A stretch of DNA of 54,808 nt, from positions 1 through 54,808 of the forward strand of contig CAKQXG010000002.1 in the NCBI GenBank assembly GCA_934281515.1. Direction: 5' to 3'. The notes under the pieces are model-generated. The model did no database searches, was not told the origin of the DNA, and worked only from the letters and a program-made list of their open reading frames with translations. How positions within the stretch are numbered: the first letter of the stretch is position 1; each line of letters starts with the position of its first letter. Source of the stretch: an uncultured Clostridia bacterium. GTDB lineage: Bacteria > Bacillota > Clostridia > Christensenellales > CAG-314. This document shows, piece after piece, positions 1 through 9,792 of the stretch. The position numbers were made by a program, and so were the translations under genes.

Positions 1-799
1 CATTAAAACCGGGGTCGACAAGCCCTTGCGAAGTGTAGTATTCGCGCACAAAGCTGGAATCGACGTTCCATCCGCGCGAGAAACGATGCGCCCACGTATT
101 GCCCCAGTCGTAGATACGGTAGTAGTCTTTCAGCGAATATGCGCCGTCTTCGTCGGTGGCATGTAACAAACCTATGCCCCAATCGCGACCTTGGTTTTCG
201 CCTTTGTCCACGCTGTCGAATGTCGCTTCGGCGTAGTACACGTCGCTACGTTCTATGTTGAACCAACTAAGTGCAAAGCCGGGGTTGTTGGTACGCAAGG
301 TAGGCTCGTCGGACAATTCGCCCGTCAACACGTCCTTGTTGCCAAGCACCTTAAACAAACTCCGATATACGTTGAGATACACATAGTAGTAGTTGACCAA
401 TGCGGCGTTATCGCAGTCGGTAACGGCAAAAATAAACGTGTGTTGCCCTACGGCATAGTAGGTGCGGCGGCTTGCGCCGGCCTTGTAAGTGACGCTGTTG
501 TCAATCTGTCCGTTGTACATGTGCGTGATTGACACATAGCTGTCGTCCATTGTTTTGCCCAAACGGCTTGTCGCCACGTATTGCGGCAACACAATTTGCG
601 ACTTGTTGGTAACGGACATCACCAACGTGTTGTTTTTCGGAGTTTCGCCGTCAAATGTCATCGTCGGCAGATCGGTAACCGTTGCGGGTTCGGGCTTGAC
701 GGGCACGATGTCCGCGTTGTTACCGCCGTTACACGCCACAAACACGGACAGGCACATCAGCACGACTACGGCAAGTGCAAGTATTTTGATGTTTTTCAT
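1..799 (-). CDS. lipoprotein of unknown function; 3' end cut by the window edge (first 266 codons present)
   Basis: ATG at 799 with AAGGAG 6 nt upstream. The frame is open to position 1, so it is absent from the ORF track because no stop falls in the window. N-terminus MKNIKILALAVVVLMCLSVFVAC is a signal peptide plus lipobox Cys. It starts 13 nt after the ATPase stop, so it is probably the last visible gene of the ABC operon. Confidence 0.75.
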   Translation of the reverse strand, partial: MKNIKILALAVVVLMCLSVFVACNGGNNADIVPVKPEPATVTDLPTMTFDGETPKNNTLVMSVTNKSQIVLPQYVATSRLGKTMDDSYVSITHMYNGQIDNSVTYKAGASRRTYYAVGQHTFIFAVTDCDNAALVNYYYVYLNVYRSLFKVLGNKDVLTGELSDEPTLRTNNPGFALSWFNIERSDVYYAEATFDSVDKGENQGRDWGIGLLHATDEDGAYSLKDYYRIYDWGNTWAHRFSRGWNVDSSFVREYYTSQGLVDPGFN

Positions 800-812
800 T
801 GTAATCTCCTTG

Positions 813-2522
813 TCACAGACAAATTCTTTCGCCCGAAACGGGGTCGAACACAAACATATCTTCGGCGGTAAAACGCAGCGCAAGCTTCGTTTGCTCGTCG
901 ATTTTGTTTTTGGCAGGCATTTTGGCAATCATTTCTTCGCCCTGGAAGTCAAAATGCACGTAAAACTCGCTGCCCATCAGCTCTACAAGAGTGGGTTGCA
1001 CGGCTATGCAGTCGCCATGAGTTGCACGGTCGTAGATCTCCACGTGCAACGACTCGGGGCGCAATCCCACCGTCAGCGCTTTGTCGCCTTGGCAGTAGCT
1101 TTGCAACAATTCGGTTTTTTCGCGCAGTCTGAGCAGAGTGTTGTCCTCGACCTGTTGCACGGTTTGTTTCTTTTTAAACAAGCCGACGATTTTTTGCCAC
1201 AAAGTTGCCTTACGCTTGATTTCCACACCCGTCTTGTCGGCGGTTGCAGACAAGACTTTCAGAATAAATTCCTTGGATTTGTCGCTGCCGTCGTATGCGG
1301 CAAGTTGCTCGGCAAACTGCCCGGCAATGCGGTCGTAAAACTCGTTTATCTTTGTTCCGCTCGCTTCGCTCAACGGCAGTCGATAGTCGCCTACCGTCAG
1401 TTCGGTTCCGTCGAAATGCGCATGCAGCAGATTTATCGGCGGAGTACCGACAAACTTCGCCACAAACAAATTGCAAGGATTGTTGTAGATTTGCTCGGGC
1501 GTGTCGATTTGTTGCACAAAACCCTTGCTCATGACGACGATCCTGTCCGCCATGGTCATAGCTTCGGTTTGGTCGTGGGTTACGTATATCGTGGTTGCGT
1601 TGATACGCTTGTGTAGCTTGACAATTTCGCTACGCATTGTCAGGCGCAGACGGGCGTCAAGGTTGCTTAACGGCTCGTCCATCAGAAACAACGGTACGTT
1701 TTTGACAATGGCACGTCCCAGTGCAACGCGTTGCATTTGTCCGCCAGACAATTCCTTGGGCAGACGATTGAGATACTGCCCCAAATCCAACACGTCGGCG
1801 GCGGCAAAAACTTTGTCCTGTATTTCCCACTTGTTCATTTTGCGTAGTTCTGTCACTACGTTGCCTTGTTCGTCAAGCAGTTGCGCGTGCTCGTTTACGC
1901 GTTTACCTTCGGCTTGCAAAGTTTGTTCTCGTTGCGAAATTTTCGATACGTATTCGTTTTTTAACGTAGTCAGGTACTCGGCAATGTCGCCTTTGTCCGT
2001 AAGCTTGCATTGCAGGATACGTTCGGCTGCGACCCGCGCAACGCCCAACTTTTTGCCCAGCCACGAAGCGTCGTCCACGCGGTCACCTCTCACCTTATCG
2101 GCTTCCGCCACGGCGGTAAGAAGCTCGTCGGCGGTGTGATTGTCAATCGCTTGCACCACTCCGCGGGCGGCAAGTAACTCTTCGTCCACAACGGGGAACA
2201 CATACTTGTTGACCGTCAACGGAAAAGCAATGTTTTCGTAGACGTTCATTTGCGGATACAGCGCATAGTTCTGAAACACAATCGCCAGACTTCTGTCCTT
2301 GCTGGGTTTGTAGTTGGCAAACTCGCCGTCTATGGTCAACTCGCCCGAAGAAATATCCTCCAACCCGGCAATCATACGCAGCATTGTCGACTTGCCGCAA
2401 CCCGACGGTCCGACAAGGACTATAAACTCGTTCTTTTGTATGTCAAGGTTGAAGTTGTACACCGCTTTTACGCCGTTGGGGTACACCTTTTCCAAATTTT
2501 CTATCTTTACAAAACTGTTCAT
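813..2522 (-). CDS. sugar ABC transporter ATP-binding protein, MalK/MsmX/UgpC type, with two large insertions (569 aa)
   Basis: Walker A GPSGCGKST, Q-loop FQNYALYPQM, signature LSGGQMQR, Walker B LFLMDEPLSNLD and H-loop YVTHDQ are all present. The C-terminal MalK-like regulatory domain ends in FVFDPVSGERI. The ORF ends with TGA. Confidence 0.93.
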   Translation of the reverse strand: MNSFVKIENLEKVYPNGVKAVYNFNLDIQKNEFIVLVGPSGCGKSTMLRMIAGLEDISSGELTIDGEFANYKPSKDRSLAIVFQNYALYPQMNVYENIAFPLTVNKYVFPVVDEELLAARGVVQAIDNHTADELLTAVAEADKVRGDRVDDASWLGKKLGVARVAAERILQCKLTDKGDIAEYLTTLKNEYVSKISQREQTLQAEGKRVNEHAQLLDEQGNVVTELRKMNKWEIQDKVFAAADVLDLGQYLNRLPKELSGGQMQRVALGRAIVKNVPLFLMDEPLSNLDARLRLTMRSEIVKLHKRINATTIYVTHDQTEAMTMADRIVVMSKGFVQQIDTPEQIYNNPCNLFVAKFVGTPPINLLHAHFDGTELTVGDYRLPLSEASGTKINEFYDRIAGQFAEQLAAYDGSDKSKEFILKVLSATADKTGVEIKRKATLWQKIVGLFKKKQTVQQVEDNTLLRLREKTELLQSYCQGDKALTVGLRPESLHVEIYDRATHGDCIAVQPTLVELMGSEFYVHFDFQGEEMIAKMPAKNKIDEQTKLALRFTAEDMFVFDPVSGERICL

Positions 2523-2531
2523 TTGTCACTC

Positions 2532-3458
2532 CTATCCTTTTACGCCCGTGGACGACAAGCCGTCGATCATCTTGCTTTGCGTAAAGAAGTACATCAGCAT
2601 AAGCGGCAATATGCTCATCACGCATGACGCCATTGCTTTGCCGTGGAACTCCACGCTTTCGTTCTTGATCCACCCCATCAACGCAACGGTGATTGTGTTG
2701 TGCATCTGCACGTCGGACTGCGCCGCAACGACAAGTTGAGGGAATACAAGGTTGTTCCAACAGCCGTTGAAAGAAAACAACGCGCACACAAGTATGCTCG
2801 AACGAGCCAACGGCAACACCACTCTGCGGAAGATTTCCGTTTCGCTTGCGCCGTCACTACGTGCGCTTTCGACAATTTCCTTAGGCATCGAGCGGAAACA
2901 ATTGTGCATTATCATCAGGTTGAACGCGCCCGCAACCCCCGGGAAAATAATCCACGAGTAGAAGTACCACAGGCTGTCCAGCACGCCGCTTTGCTTACCT
3001 ATACTGATGTACATAGAATACATCGGCGCAAACCCGATGACGCTCGGTATCGGCATCACGAAGATAATCAACGCGTAGATAAACGCTCTGCCTTTGTAGC
3101 GCATAAACACAAAAGAATACGCCGCAAACACGGTGATAATCATGCTGACAAGCACGTGGATCAATGTTGTGATTGTCGAGTTGATAAGCGCGCTCATCAA
3201 CGTGTCCATGTTTCCGCCGTCGTGTAAACGAAAGAAGTCTACATAGTGATTGAACGTCCAACCGCCTGCATGCGGAAAGATCGAACTGGGATACAACACA
3301 AGGTCCTCGGTCGTACGCAACGACATACCGAACACGTACACAAACGGAAACAACCACAGCAAGCACACCAAAAGCAGAATTACAAACGCCTTTATTTTGT
3401 TACGACGGCTTTCGCGTTCACTTTTGGACAGACTTGAACGCGGCAAAGGTTTTTTCAT
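2532..3458 (-). CDS. carbohydrate ABC transporter permease (MalG/CUT1 type)
   Basis: 308 aa and multi-TM, with an EAA-like loop (ESARSDGASETEIFRRVVLPLA). AAGGAGG lies 7 nt upstream of the ATG. It overlaps the upstream permease by 41 nt. Confidence 0.9.
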   Translation of the reverse strand: MKKPLPRSSLSKSERESRRNKIKAFVILLLVCLLWLFPFVYVFGMSLRTTEDLVLYPSSIFPHAGGWTFNHYVDFFRLHDGGNMDTLMSALINSTITTLIHVLVSMIITVFAAYSFVFMRYKGRAFIYALIIFVMPIPSVIGFAPMYSMYISIGKQSGVLDSLWYFYSWIIFPGVAGAFNLMIMHNCFRSMPKEIVESARSDGASETEIFRRVVLPLARSSILVCALFSFNGCWNNLVFPQLVVAAQSDVQMHNTITVALMGWIKNESVEFHGKAMASCVMSILPLMLMYFFTQSKMIDGLSSTGVKG

Positions 3459-4401
3459 AGCCGTGACCTCCTTTTTGCTTGCCCATAAGGCGTGTTTCCG
3501 CTATGCTTACAGCCAACACGATCAGCCCGAACACCACCGCCATTGCACAGATAAATCCCGTCCAACGGGGCAGTACTTTAAGGCTGTTCTGGATAAGCAT
3601 CATCGGCGAATCGTACATGGTGTCGTAGATTGTCGAGCCGCGTATAACGGTAGGTTGACCGTACAGATTGAGATAGTTGATAAGCGTGGAAAACAAGCAC
3701 AAGTCGATTTGTCCGCGCAATCCGGGCAAAGTGACGTGGAAAAACTTGCTTGCCTTGCCGCCGCCGTCGGCTTCGCATGCTTCGTACAGGCTTTTGGGAA
3801 TATCGCGCAAACCTGCCGAAAAGATGACGAAGTTGGTGCCCGTCTGCCACCACACCGACAGCAAAATCATTACAAACCAACGCCAACCCGTGTCGGTCAG
3901 AAACTTGACGTTTGTGCCGAACAGTCCGTTGATAAGTCCCGTCGAGCTTTCGCCGAAGATGGACGTAAACATCATACCCGCAACGGTAATGGACACTATG
4001 ACCGGCATGTACAGCACGGCGCGGAAAAATTTGTATCCGGGCGGTTGGTAGTTGATAAGTTGCGCCAGCAGCAACGGAATGACCATCAACAGCGGCACTG
4101 CGATAAGGTCAAACAGAATTGTGTTAAGCAGGCTTTCCCAAAACGGTTTTACGAAGGTTATTTCCAGACTTTCGTTTGTGGTACCGAACAAGTCGGCGTA
4201 ATTAAGCAGTCCCACAAAAGTCATTTCTTCGGGCTTGTTGGGGTTGTAGTCGAAGAATGACAACCCCACGCCCATAAGAAGCGGCACAAGCGTGTACAGT
4301 ACAAAAAACAGTACAAACGGCACGACAAACACCATGCCCAGTCCCTGACTGCGCCACATACTGCGCCTGTACGCTTTCTTTTTGTCGTCGGACAAGTTCA
4401 T
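3418..4401 (-). CDS. carbohydrate ABC transporter permease (MalF/UgpA type)
   Basis: 327 aa and multi-TM, with EAA loop EACEADGGGKASKFFHVTLPGL. Confidence 0.9.
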   Translation of the reverse strand: MNLSDDKKKAYRRSMWRSQGLGMVFVVPFVLFFVLYTLVPLLMGVGLSFFDYNPNKPEEMTFVGLLNYADLFGTTNESLEITFVKPFWESLLNTILFDLIAVPLLMVIPLLLAQLINYQPPGYKFFRAVLYMPVIVSITVAGMMFTSIFGESSTGLINGLFGTNVKFLTDTGWRWFVMILLSVWWQTGTNFVIFSAGLRDIPKSLYEACEADGGGKASKFFHVTLPGLRGQIDLCLFSTLINYLNLYGQPTVIRGSTIYDTMYDSPMMLIQNSLKVLPRWTGFICAMAVVFGLIVLAVSIAETRLMGKQKGGHGYEKTFAAFKSVQK

Positions 4402-4414
4402 TGTCTGCTCCTCT

Positions 4415-5887
4415 CTACGCCAGACCGATTGCGGCGTTTATTTTCTTTTGTGCGTTCGTCAGTTCCGTGCGAATGTCGTACTCGTTGCTTGCGTTGCGCA
4501 GGCAATTGAGCAGCGCGGTTTGCATATCGGAGAAAATCAACGTGTAGTTGGGCGTTTTGCCTGCGGTGACAAAGTTGTTGATGTCGCCGTAGAAAGCGTT
4601 GCTGAATTCCGTCACGTAGCTGTCTGCATTGTAGGCGGCGGCACCTCGGATTGTGTATGAAGCCGTCGTGTGACCGAGCTTCGCCCATTCGATACCGACG
4701 TCCACATTGGTGGTAAACCAGTTGACAAACACCGCAATTGCAGCCTTCTTGGTAACGTCGGTGACAGTCTTGCTCATGGTAAACGCGTGGGAGTCTCCGA
4801 AAATCTTGTTTTTGCTACTTTCGGGTGCACCGTCGAGCGCAAACAGACCTGCCGTGGAGAAACCGCCGATGTCTTGCGTTTTGACAACGTCTACGGAGTG
4901 ACCCGAGTTGGACGCGTATGCGCCGAAAATAGCGTTGGCGTCGAAGGGCAGAGAGATGTAGAACAATGCGTTGTCCTTGCAGAACTTGGCGCGTGCGCTT
5001 TCGTTGCTGTCGTTACTGTCCCACAAACCGTCGTCGGCAAGTTGTTTGACCGCCTTTATACCGTTGCTGAACGCGGTAAAGTTGTCGCCTTCCGTCCAGT
5101 GGACACGCCCGTCGCTTCCGTACAACTCGCCGCCGTTTTGCAACACTGCCGTCGGCAACAGGTACATCTTAAAGAAGTCGTAGTCTGCGCCGCACGTTAC
5201 GGCATTGAATTGGGAATTGTTTGCGGCGCGTTCGCCGCTTTGCACAGTTTTGCACAGTTGCAGAAACTCGGCACGATTTTGCGGCAACTCGGCGTTATAC
5301 TTTTTGAGAAGATTTTTGTTGTAGTAGATTACCATGCTTTGTGCGTCGACGGGAATGGTAAACATACGTCCTTCGTAGCCTAGATCGCAGTAGTCGGCGA
5401 AGTTAGGCAGGAAGTCGCTCTTTTCGACCTTAATCCCTGCAAGCTCGTACGCGTAGTCCATGGGTTGGTTGATTTTGTTTGCCGCGTAGTATGCATGCGT
5501 TTTTTGGTGAGTCAACACAAGATCGGGAGCGTTGGTGTTGTTTTGAATCTGTTGCATGACAAAGTTGTCGATTTCCGTTTGCGAATACGTTTGATGCGAA
5601 ACGGTGATTTGTCCCTTGTATTGCTTGTTGAATTGATCAAGCAACGCTTCGAATCCGTTTTGGTCGTAGCCGCAAATAACCGAAGTCAACTTGATACTTA
5701 CGTCGTCGAAAACGATGTTGCCGTTGTCGTCCTTGGCAATCTCGCCGGTGTCGGTCCACCACGGATTGTCTATCGACGGCAAACCGCCGTTATTATCTTC
5801 GTCGGGACGGCGCGTAACGCAACCGCCCAACACAAACAGTAACATGACTACCGCCAGTGCGGCAAAAATTCTGATACTCTTTTTCAT
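4415..5887 (-). CDS. extracellular solute-binding lipoprotein (CUT1 family SBP)
   Basis: The signal peptide ends in lipobox LGGC. The SBP-like N-terminal lobe reads FEALLDQFNKQYKGQITVSHQTY. It sits directly upstream of the two permeases. Confidence 0.88.
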   Translation of the reverse strand: MKKSIRIFAALAVVMLLFVLGGCVTRRPDEDNNGGLPSIDNPWWTDTGEIAKDDNGNIVFDDVSIKLTSVICGYDQNGFEALLDQFNKQYKGQITVSHQTYSQTEIDNFVMQQIQNNTNAPDLVLTHQKTHAYYAANKINQPMDYAYELAGIKVEKSDFLPNFADYCDLGYEGRMFTIPVDAQSMVIYYNKNLLKKYNAELPQNRAEFLQLCKTVQSGERAANNSQFNAVTCGADYDFFKMYLLPTAVLQNGGELYGSDGRVHWTEGDNFTAFSNGIKAVKQLADDGLWDSNDSNESARAKFCKDNALFYISLPFDANAIFGAYASNSGHSVDVVKTQDIGGFSTAGLFALDGAPESSKNKIFGDSHAFTMSKTVTDVTKKAAIAVFVNWFTTNVDVGIEWAKLGHTTASYTIRGAAAYNADSYVTEFSNAFYGDINNFVTAGKTPNYTLIFSDMQTALLNCLRNASNEYDIRTELTNAQKKINAAIGLA

Positions 5888-5903
5888 TGCTGTACTCCTT
5901 GTA

Positions 5904-7922
5904 CTACTCTATTATCATGGTAAATCCGCCGCCCTTTTGCACGGTAAGGCTCATCCTGGAGGCGTTTGTTACAGATTGACTGCTTTGCGCTACATTGTTG
6001 TAGGTACTGTCCTGCCATATACGCGCGGTGTGGTTGCCATCGCCGAGGAAAGACAGGTCGAAGTCGATTGTACCTGCGTAACTTGCGGTGCAACCGACAT
6101 ACCACTTGTTTCCGCTGCGACGAGCAATGACAACGTAGTCGCCGAGGTCGGCAGTGACAAGCTTGGTCTCGTCCCACACGACGGGCATATTGCGGTAGAA
6201 GTCAAGGTACTCGCCGCTTGTAAAATGCTCGGGCACGTCGGAGAAAGTGGGCATACCCGACTCCAACGTTACGGCAAGACCCATGTTGTGAGCCACCGTC
6301 ACCGTGTCGGGAAGATAAGGTATGATTGCCGGGGTAAAGTCGCTGGGACCTATCGCGCCGCGAGTAAAGGGCAAGTATGCCGTTTGTTTGCTGTCGACGC
6401 TCTTAAATTCGTATCCGCGGATAGCTTCGCGGTTGATGACGTGCGGATATTGACGGCGTTCGCCCGTGGGCTTGTTGCAACCGTGGCAATCTACTATCAT
6501 TTTGTATTTTGCCGCCACCTGATAGAACATCTCGTAATGCTCGTCGAGGCTTTGTTGGGATTCGAGTTTCCATTTGTCGGACAGCGAAGGTACGCCCTGG
6601 CCGTCGAAGAAGTCTATTTTTACTCCTTCGATACCCAGACTTGCCCACTGCGCGAGTTTTGCTTCGGTTTGCGTGCGAGTGTAGAAAGAAGAGTAGGAAT
6701 CCGCCCACACCATGATGTGCACGCCCTTGGAATTGGCATACCGTACGAAATCGGTAAACAACGCTTCCGTATAGGAACCCGTATCCCAACCTGCGTCAAG
6801 CACAAGCCATGTCCAACCAAGCTCGGATATTGCGTCCACGTATTGACGTTGCAACGCGTAGTTGCTTTGCGCCGCCTGCTTGGCAGGGTCGCCGTCGAAA
6901 TTGAGATAACTCCACGCCGCAACGCCCGGTTTAACCCAGTCATAGGTGTAAATCTGCTTTCCTTCCGCGCTCAGACTGTCGTAGTTGTCGGGTTTCCACG
7001 GCTCGATTTCGTCGTACACGTCTTCCACAAGAGTGGATTCGACCGCCGTATCCAATCCACCTACCGTCGCCACACGCCAGGGGGATGTAAAGGGGTAGCT
7101 TGCCGCCATGGACGCTTCGTCGCCGCAAGCAGGCATGTGGATTGTTTTCAGTCCGTCGTTACCGTCCATCTGCAACGCCGAACCGTGGTAGCTGTGACCG
7201 TAAATATCCGACTCGGAAATAAGGCTGTACACCTCTTTGCCGCCGTCTGTTACGCTGTACAACACGGGGAAACCGAGTTTCTCGTCGCCGAGATTTTTGT
7301 AGCTGCGAGCTTGATACTTGTCCTCGTAGGAGTAGTATGCGCCGCCACCCAACACGCCGATGTTTGCAACCACCGCCATTGCGTAGGTTTTGGCGTTGGA
7401 CGGCAATGCGAAGTGGGTAAACTCGTCACTGACGGTAAAGTCGCCCGTACCGCCGTCCGCCTTGCGAATGTTGTAACGGAATGCATACCCGTCGTTGTAT
7501 GCGCGAAACACTACGTCCAGCAGGTAGTCGCCTTCGGCAAAGGTAAGAGTGTTCTGCTTGTAGGAAGTAGTCACTTGCTTTACCTTGCCGCTGACGTTTG
7601 TGTAGGAAATTGTTTTGCTGTCTGTCTGCGACTCGACAAAACTCAGGTCGACAAACTCGCATTGATTTGTTGCCATGCCCAGGTTGGAACGTTCCACCAC
7701 GGTAACGTCGTCGGTTGTCACCGTGTAGGAAATCTGTCCGTTGACAAAATACACGTCAAGGGCAATCTTGCCGTCGGGCGAAGTCAACGTCCAGTTTGGC
7801 TTGTTTTTATCGTCGGGCGGCTTGACTGGATCGGTTGTATCGTTGCACGCAGCAAGTGCAAAAGTCAACAACATCACTGCCGCAAGCAGACAAATTGTCC
7901 ACAATCTTTTGGTGTTTTTCAT
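5904..7922 (-). CDS. glycoside hydrolase family 97-like lipoprotein (alpha-glucosidase/alpha-galactosidase type)
   Basis: Lipobox LAAC. GH97-like motifs occur in the expected order: PWRVATVG, ELGWTWLVLDAGWD, GVHIMVWAD, GIEGVKIDFFDGQ, HGCNKPTGERRQYPHVINREAIRGYE. Confidence 0.8.
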   Translation of the reverse strand: MKNTKRLWTICLLAAVMLLTFALAACNDTTDPVKPPDDKNKPNWTLTSPDGKIALDVYFVNGQISYTVTTDDVTVVERSNLGMATNQCEFVDLSFVESQTDSKTISYTNVSGKVKQVTTSYKQNTLTFAEGDYLLDVVFRAYNDGYAFRYNIRKADGGTGDFTVSDEFTHFALPSNAKTYAMAVVANIGVLGGGAYYSYEDKYQARSYKNLGDEKLGFPVLYSVTDGGKEVYSLISESDIYGHSYHGSALQMDGNDGLKTIHMPACGDEASMAASYPFTSPWRVATVGGLDTAVESTLVEDVYDEIEPWKPDNYDSLSAEGKQIYTYDWVKPGVAAWSYLNFDGDPAKQAAQSNYALQRQYVDAISELGWTWLVLDAGWDTGSYTEALFTDFVRYANSKGVHIMVWADSYSSFYTRTQTEAKLAQWASLGIEGVKIDFFDGQGVPSLSDKWKLESQQSLDEHYEMFYQVAAKYKMIVDCHGCNKPTGERRQYPHVINREAIRGYEFKSVDSKQTAYLPFTRGAIGPSDFTPAIIPYLPDTVTVAHNMGLAVTLESGMPTFSDVPEHFTSGEYLDFYRNMPVVWDETKLVTADLGDYVVIARRSGNKWYVGCTASYAGTIDFDLSFLGDGNHTARIWQDSTYNNVAQSSQSVTNASRMSLTVQKGGGFTMIIE

Positions 7923-7932
7923 AACTCCTCCG

Positions 7933-9753
7933 TTACTTGATTACTCGCGCCGTAGCGTCGGCAATACCTGCGATTGCCGCACGGATAAGCTCGTCCTGAT
8001 CGATTTGCGTAGCGCCTACCCTTGCAAGCGACTGCACACATGCCTGATTCTGATAGTTGTAACAATAGTACTCGCTTTGTCCGCCGGGCAGTGTGACGAA
8101 TAGAGACGGATCGCCGACCGATTTAAGCACCTTGAAGTATCTTGTCGTGCCTTGCGTAAATTCTTCGGATTTTTGTCCCGTTTTGCTTGCGGGATAGCAA
8201 TCGTTGTAGGCAAGACGTCCGCTGTGCCTGGACAGGTAGTCTGCAAACACGCCGATTGCCGCAAGTTGCTCGATATCAAACGTCGCGTCGGTGTCGTTGG
8301 GCAAACACAGCGAAATACCCTTTACATAAATCTTGGCGTTGTCCGTGTTGCCGTAGTTAAACAGATTGGTGATGGGCAGTATGCCGATCTTTTTAAACAG
8401 CTGTTGGTCGTAGTTGTTGAGATAGTATGTGTACATCTTGGGGTAGCTGACAATGCCCATAAAGGCGTTGCCGTCCACCACGTCGTTGAAACCTTGGCGC
8501 GACTCCCACAATACTTCGCCGTTCAGGCTGATTTTGTCGTTGTTAAACAGCTCGGCGTAACCCTTGACGGCATTTGCCGCCTTTGTGTAGTTGGACTGTT
8601 GCGCGTAGTTGTTGACGTACACCTTGTTTGCTTTGTCGTAGGAGTAGAACAGCAAATCGTTGTTTGCCCAGATGTTGTTGGAACCCATCTCGAACCACTG
8701 CCACTCGTTGCCTTCGTAGGCAAGCGACGCGGTGTAACCTTCTCTGTCGCCGAACGTCTCGGTTGCCTTTTCCAACAGTCGTACAAAGTCGGCGTGGGTT
8801 TGCGGAGCCTGTTCACCAAGTTCGTCAAGCAACGCCTTGTTGTACATCACGCTGGGCACCATATGTCCGACGGGATAGGTCATAAGCGATTCTCCGACGT
8901 AGTTTTCGGCAATAGCGCCTGCGTAGTAATCGCTGTCGTCAAAGTCAATTCCGATAAGGTCCAGCAATTCGCCAAAACGGTAGTTGTTTTGCAAATACGA
9001 ATTGGTCATAGCGGGGTCTTCGAAACGCGCCACTTCGTTGCTGTAAGCCGACGTCCAGTTAAGGTGAATCTGCCCTGCGTATTCTTCGTTGAAGTCGTCA
9101 ACGATTTCCGCAAGACTGCGCTTGCCCGTCCAGGACAAAAACTGTATGGATATGTTGGCTTCAACGTTGTTAAGCACCACTTTGCCGTCGCTGTCATACT
9201 GCAGATTTGCCATATAGTTGTACTTGGCGTACAAGTCAATATCGCCTTTCAACACGTCGTTTGTCATGTCCCACTTGTCGGTGCACTTTTGATCGGTGTA
9301 CCAACCTTCGACCTCGTAACCCAAACGCTTGGGGTCGGGTATCGTTTGCGGATCGACGACCTTGCCTTCTTCTCCGTTGACGGTGACAGGCGCAAAGCAC
9401 TTGTCGTAGTTGTAGTGGAAGGTTACATCCACTGCGTTGCCCTTCTTCTCCCACAGCGCATAGACGGTGTAGTCCTGTTCTATCTTGACGGAGAAGTCGA
9501 ACTCCTCTTTGTAGTCCTTGTCTGTATACCAGCCTTTCAGCGTGTAGCCGCTACGTCTTGCGGCGTAGTAGTTGGCGCGGTAGCCTGCCTTGACGGTGTC
9601 CACACGATTGTTGCCGCCCTCGTAGTTGACGTCGAAAGTAAACGTGTATTCGTCCTTTTGGACAGGGGTTTGTTGACATCCGACCACGGCAAACAGCGTT
9701 GTCAGGCACAGCGTCAATGCCAGAATAAGCGAAATAAATTTGGTCTGTTTCAA
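7933..9753 (-). CDS. lipoprotein: two Listeria-Bacteroides (Flg_new) repeats fused to an extracellular solute-binding domain
   Basis: TTG start at 9753 with AAGGAG 7 nt upstream. Lipobox VVGC. Two Flg_new-type repeats are present (YTLKGWYTDKDYKEEFDF...YALW and YEVEGWYTDQKCTDKWDM...YAKY). An SBP-like body follows (FLSWTGKRSLAEIVDDFNEEYAGQIHLNW). Confidence 0.85.
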   Translation of the reverse strand: MKQTKFISLILALTLCLTTLFAVVGCQQTPVQKDEYTFTFDVNYEGGNNRVDTVKAGYRANYYAARRSGYTLKGWYTDKDYKEEFDFSVKIEQDYTVYALWEKKGNAVDVTFHYNYDKCFAPVTVNGEEGKVVDPQTIPDPKRLGYEVEGWYTDQKCTDKWDMTNDVLKGDIDLYAKYNYMANLQYDSDGKVVLNNVEANISIQFLSWTGKRSLAEIVDDFNEEYAGQIHLNWTSAYSNEVARFEDPAMTNSYLQNNYRFGELLDLIGIDFDDSDYYAGAIAENYVGESLMTYPVGHMVPSVMYNKALLDELGEQAPQTHADFVRLLEKATETFGDREGYTASLAYEGNEWQWFEMGSNNIWANNDLLFYSYDKANKVYVNNYAQQSNYTKAANAVKGYAELFNNDKISLNGEVLWESRQGFNDVVDGNAFMGIVSYPKMYTYYLNNYDQQLFKKIGILPITNLFNYGNTDNAKIYVKGISLCLPNDTDATFDIEQLAAIGVFADYLSRHSGRLAYNDCYPASKTGQKSEEFTQGTTRYFKVLKSVGDPSLFVTLPGGQSEYYCYNYQNQACVQSLARVGATQIDQDELIRAAIAGIADATARVIK

Positions 9754-9792
9754 AATAGTTCTCCTTGTATTACTCTGTCGATGTAAGCGAAA

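Noticed and set aside
5691-7940. Very long plus-strand ORFs in the track: 5691-7940 (749 aa), 8152-9786 (544 aa), 11167-13785 (872 aa), 21081-23378 (765 aa), 36617-38203 (528 aa), 44700-45923 (407 aa), 47698-49263 (521 aa) and many shorter ones.
   Set aside because: Each lies exactly antisense to a minus-strand gene whose product has recognisable motifs. Their translations are low-complexity and rich in R, V, C, H and G. They have no SD sequences. They are shadow ORFs, which stay open because the sense genes rarely use the codons TTA, CTA and TCA that would read as stops on the opposite strand.
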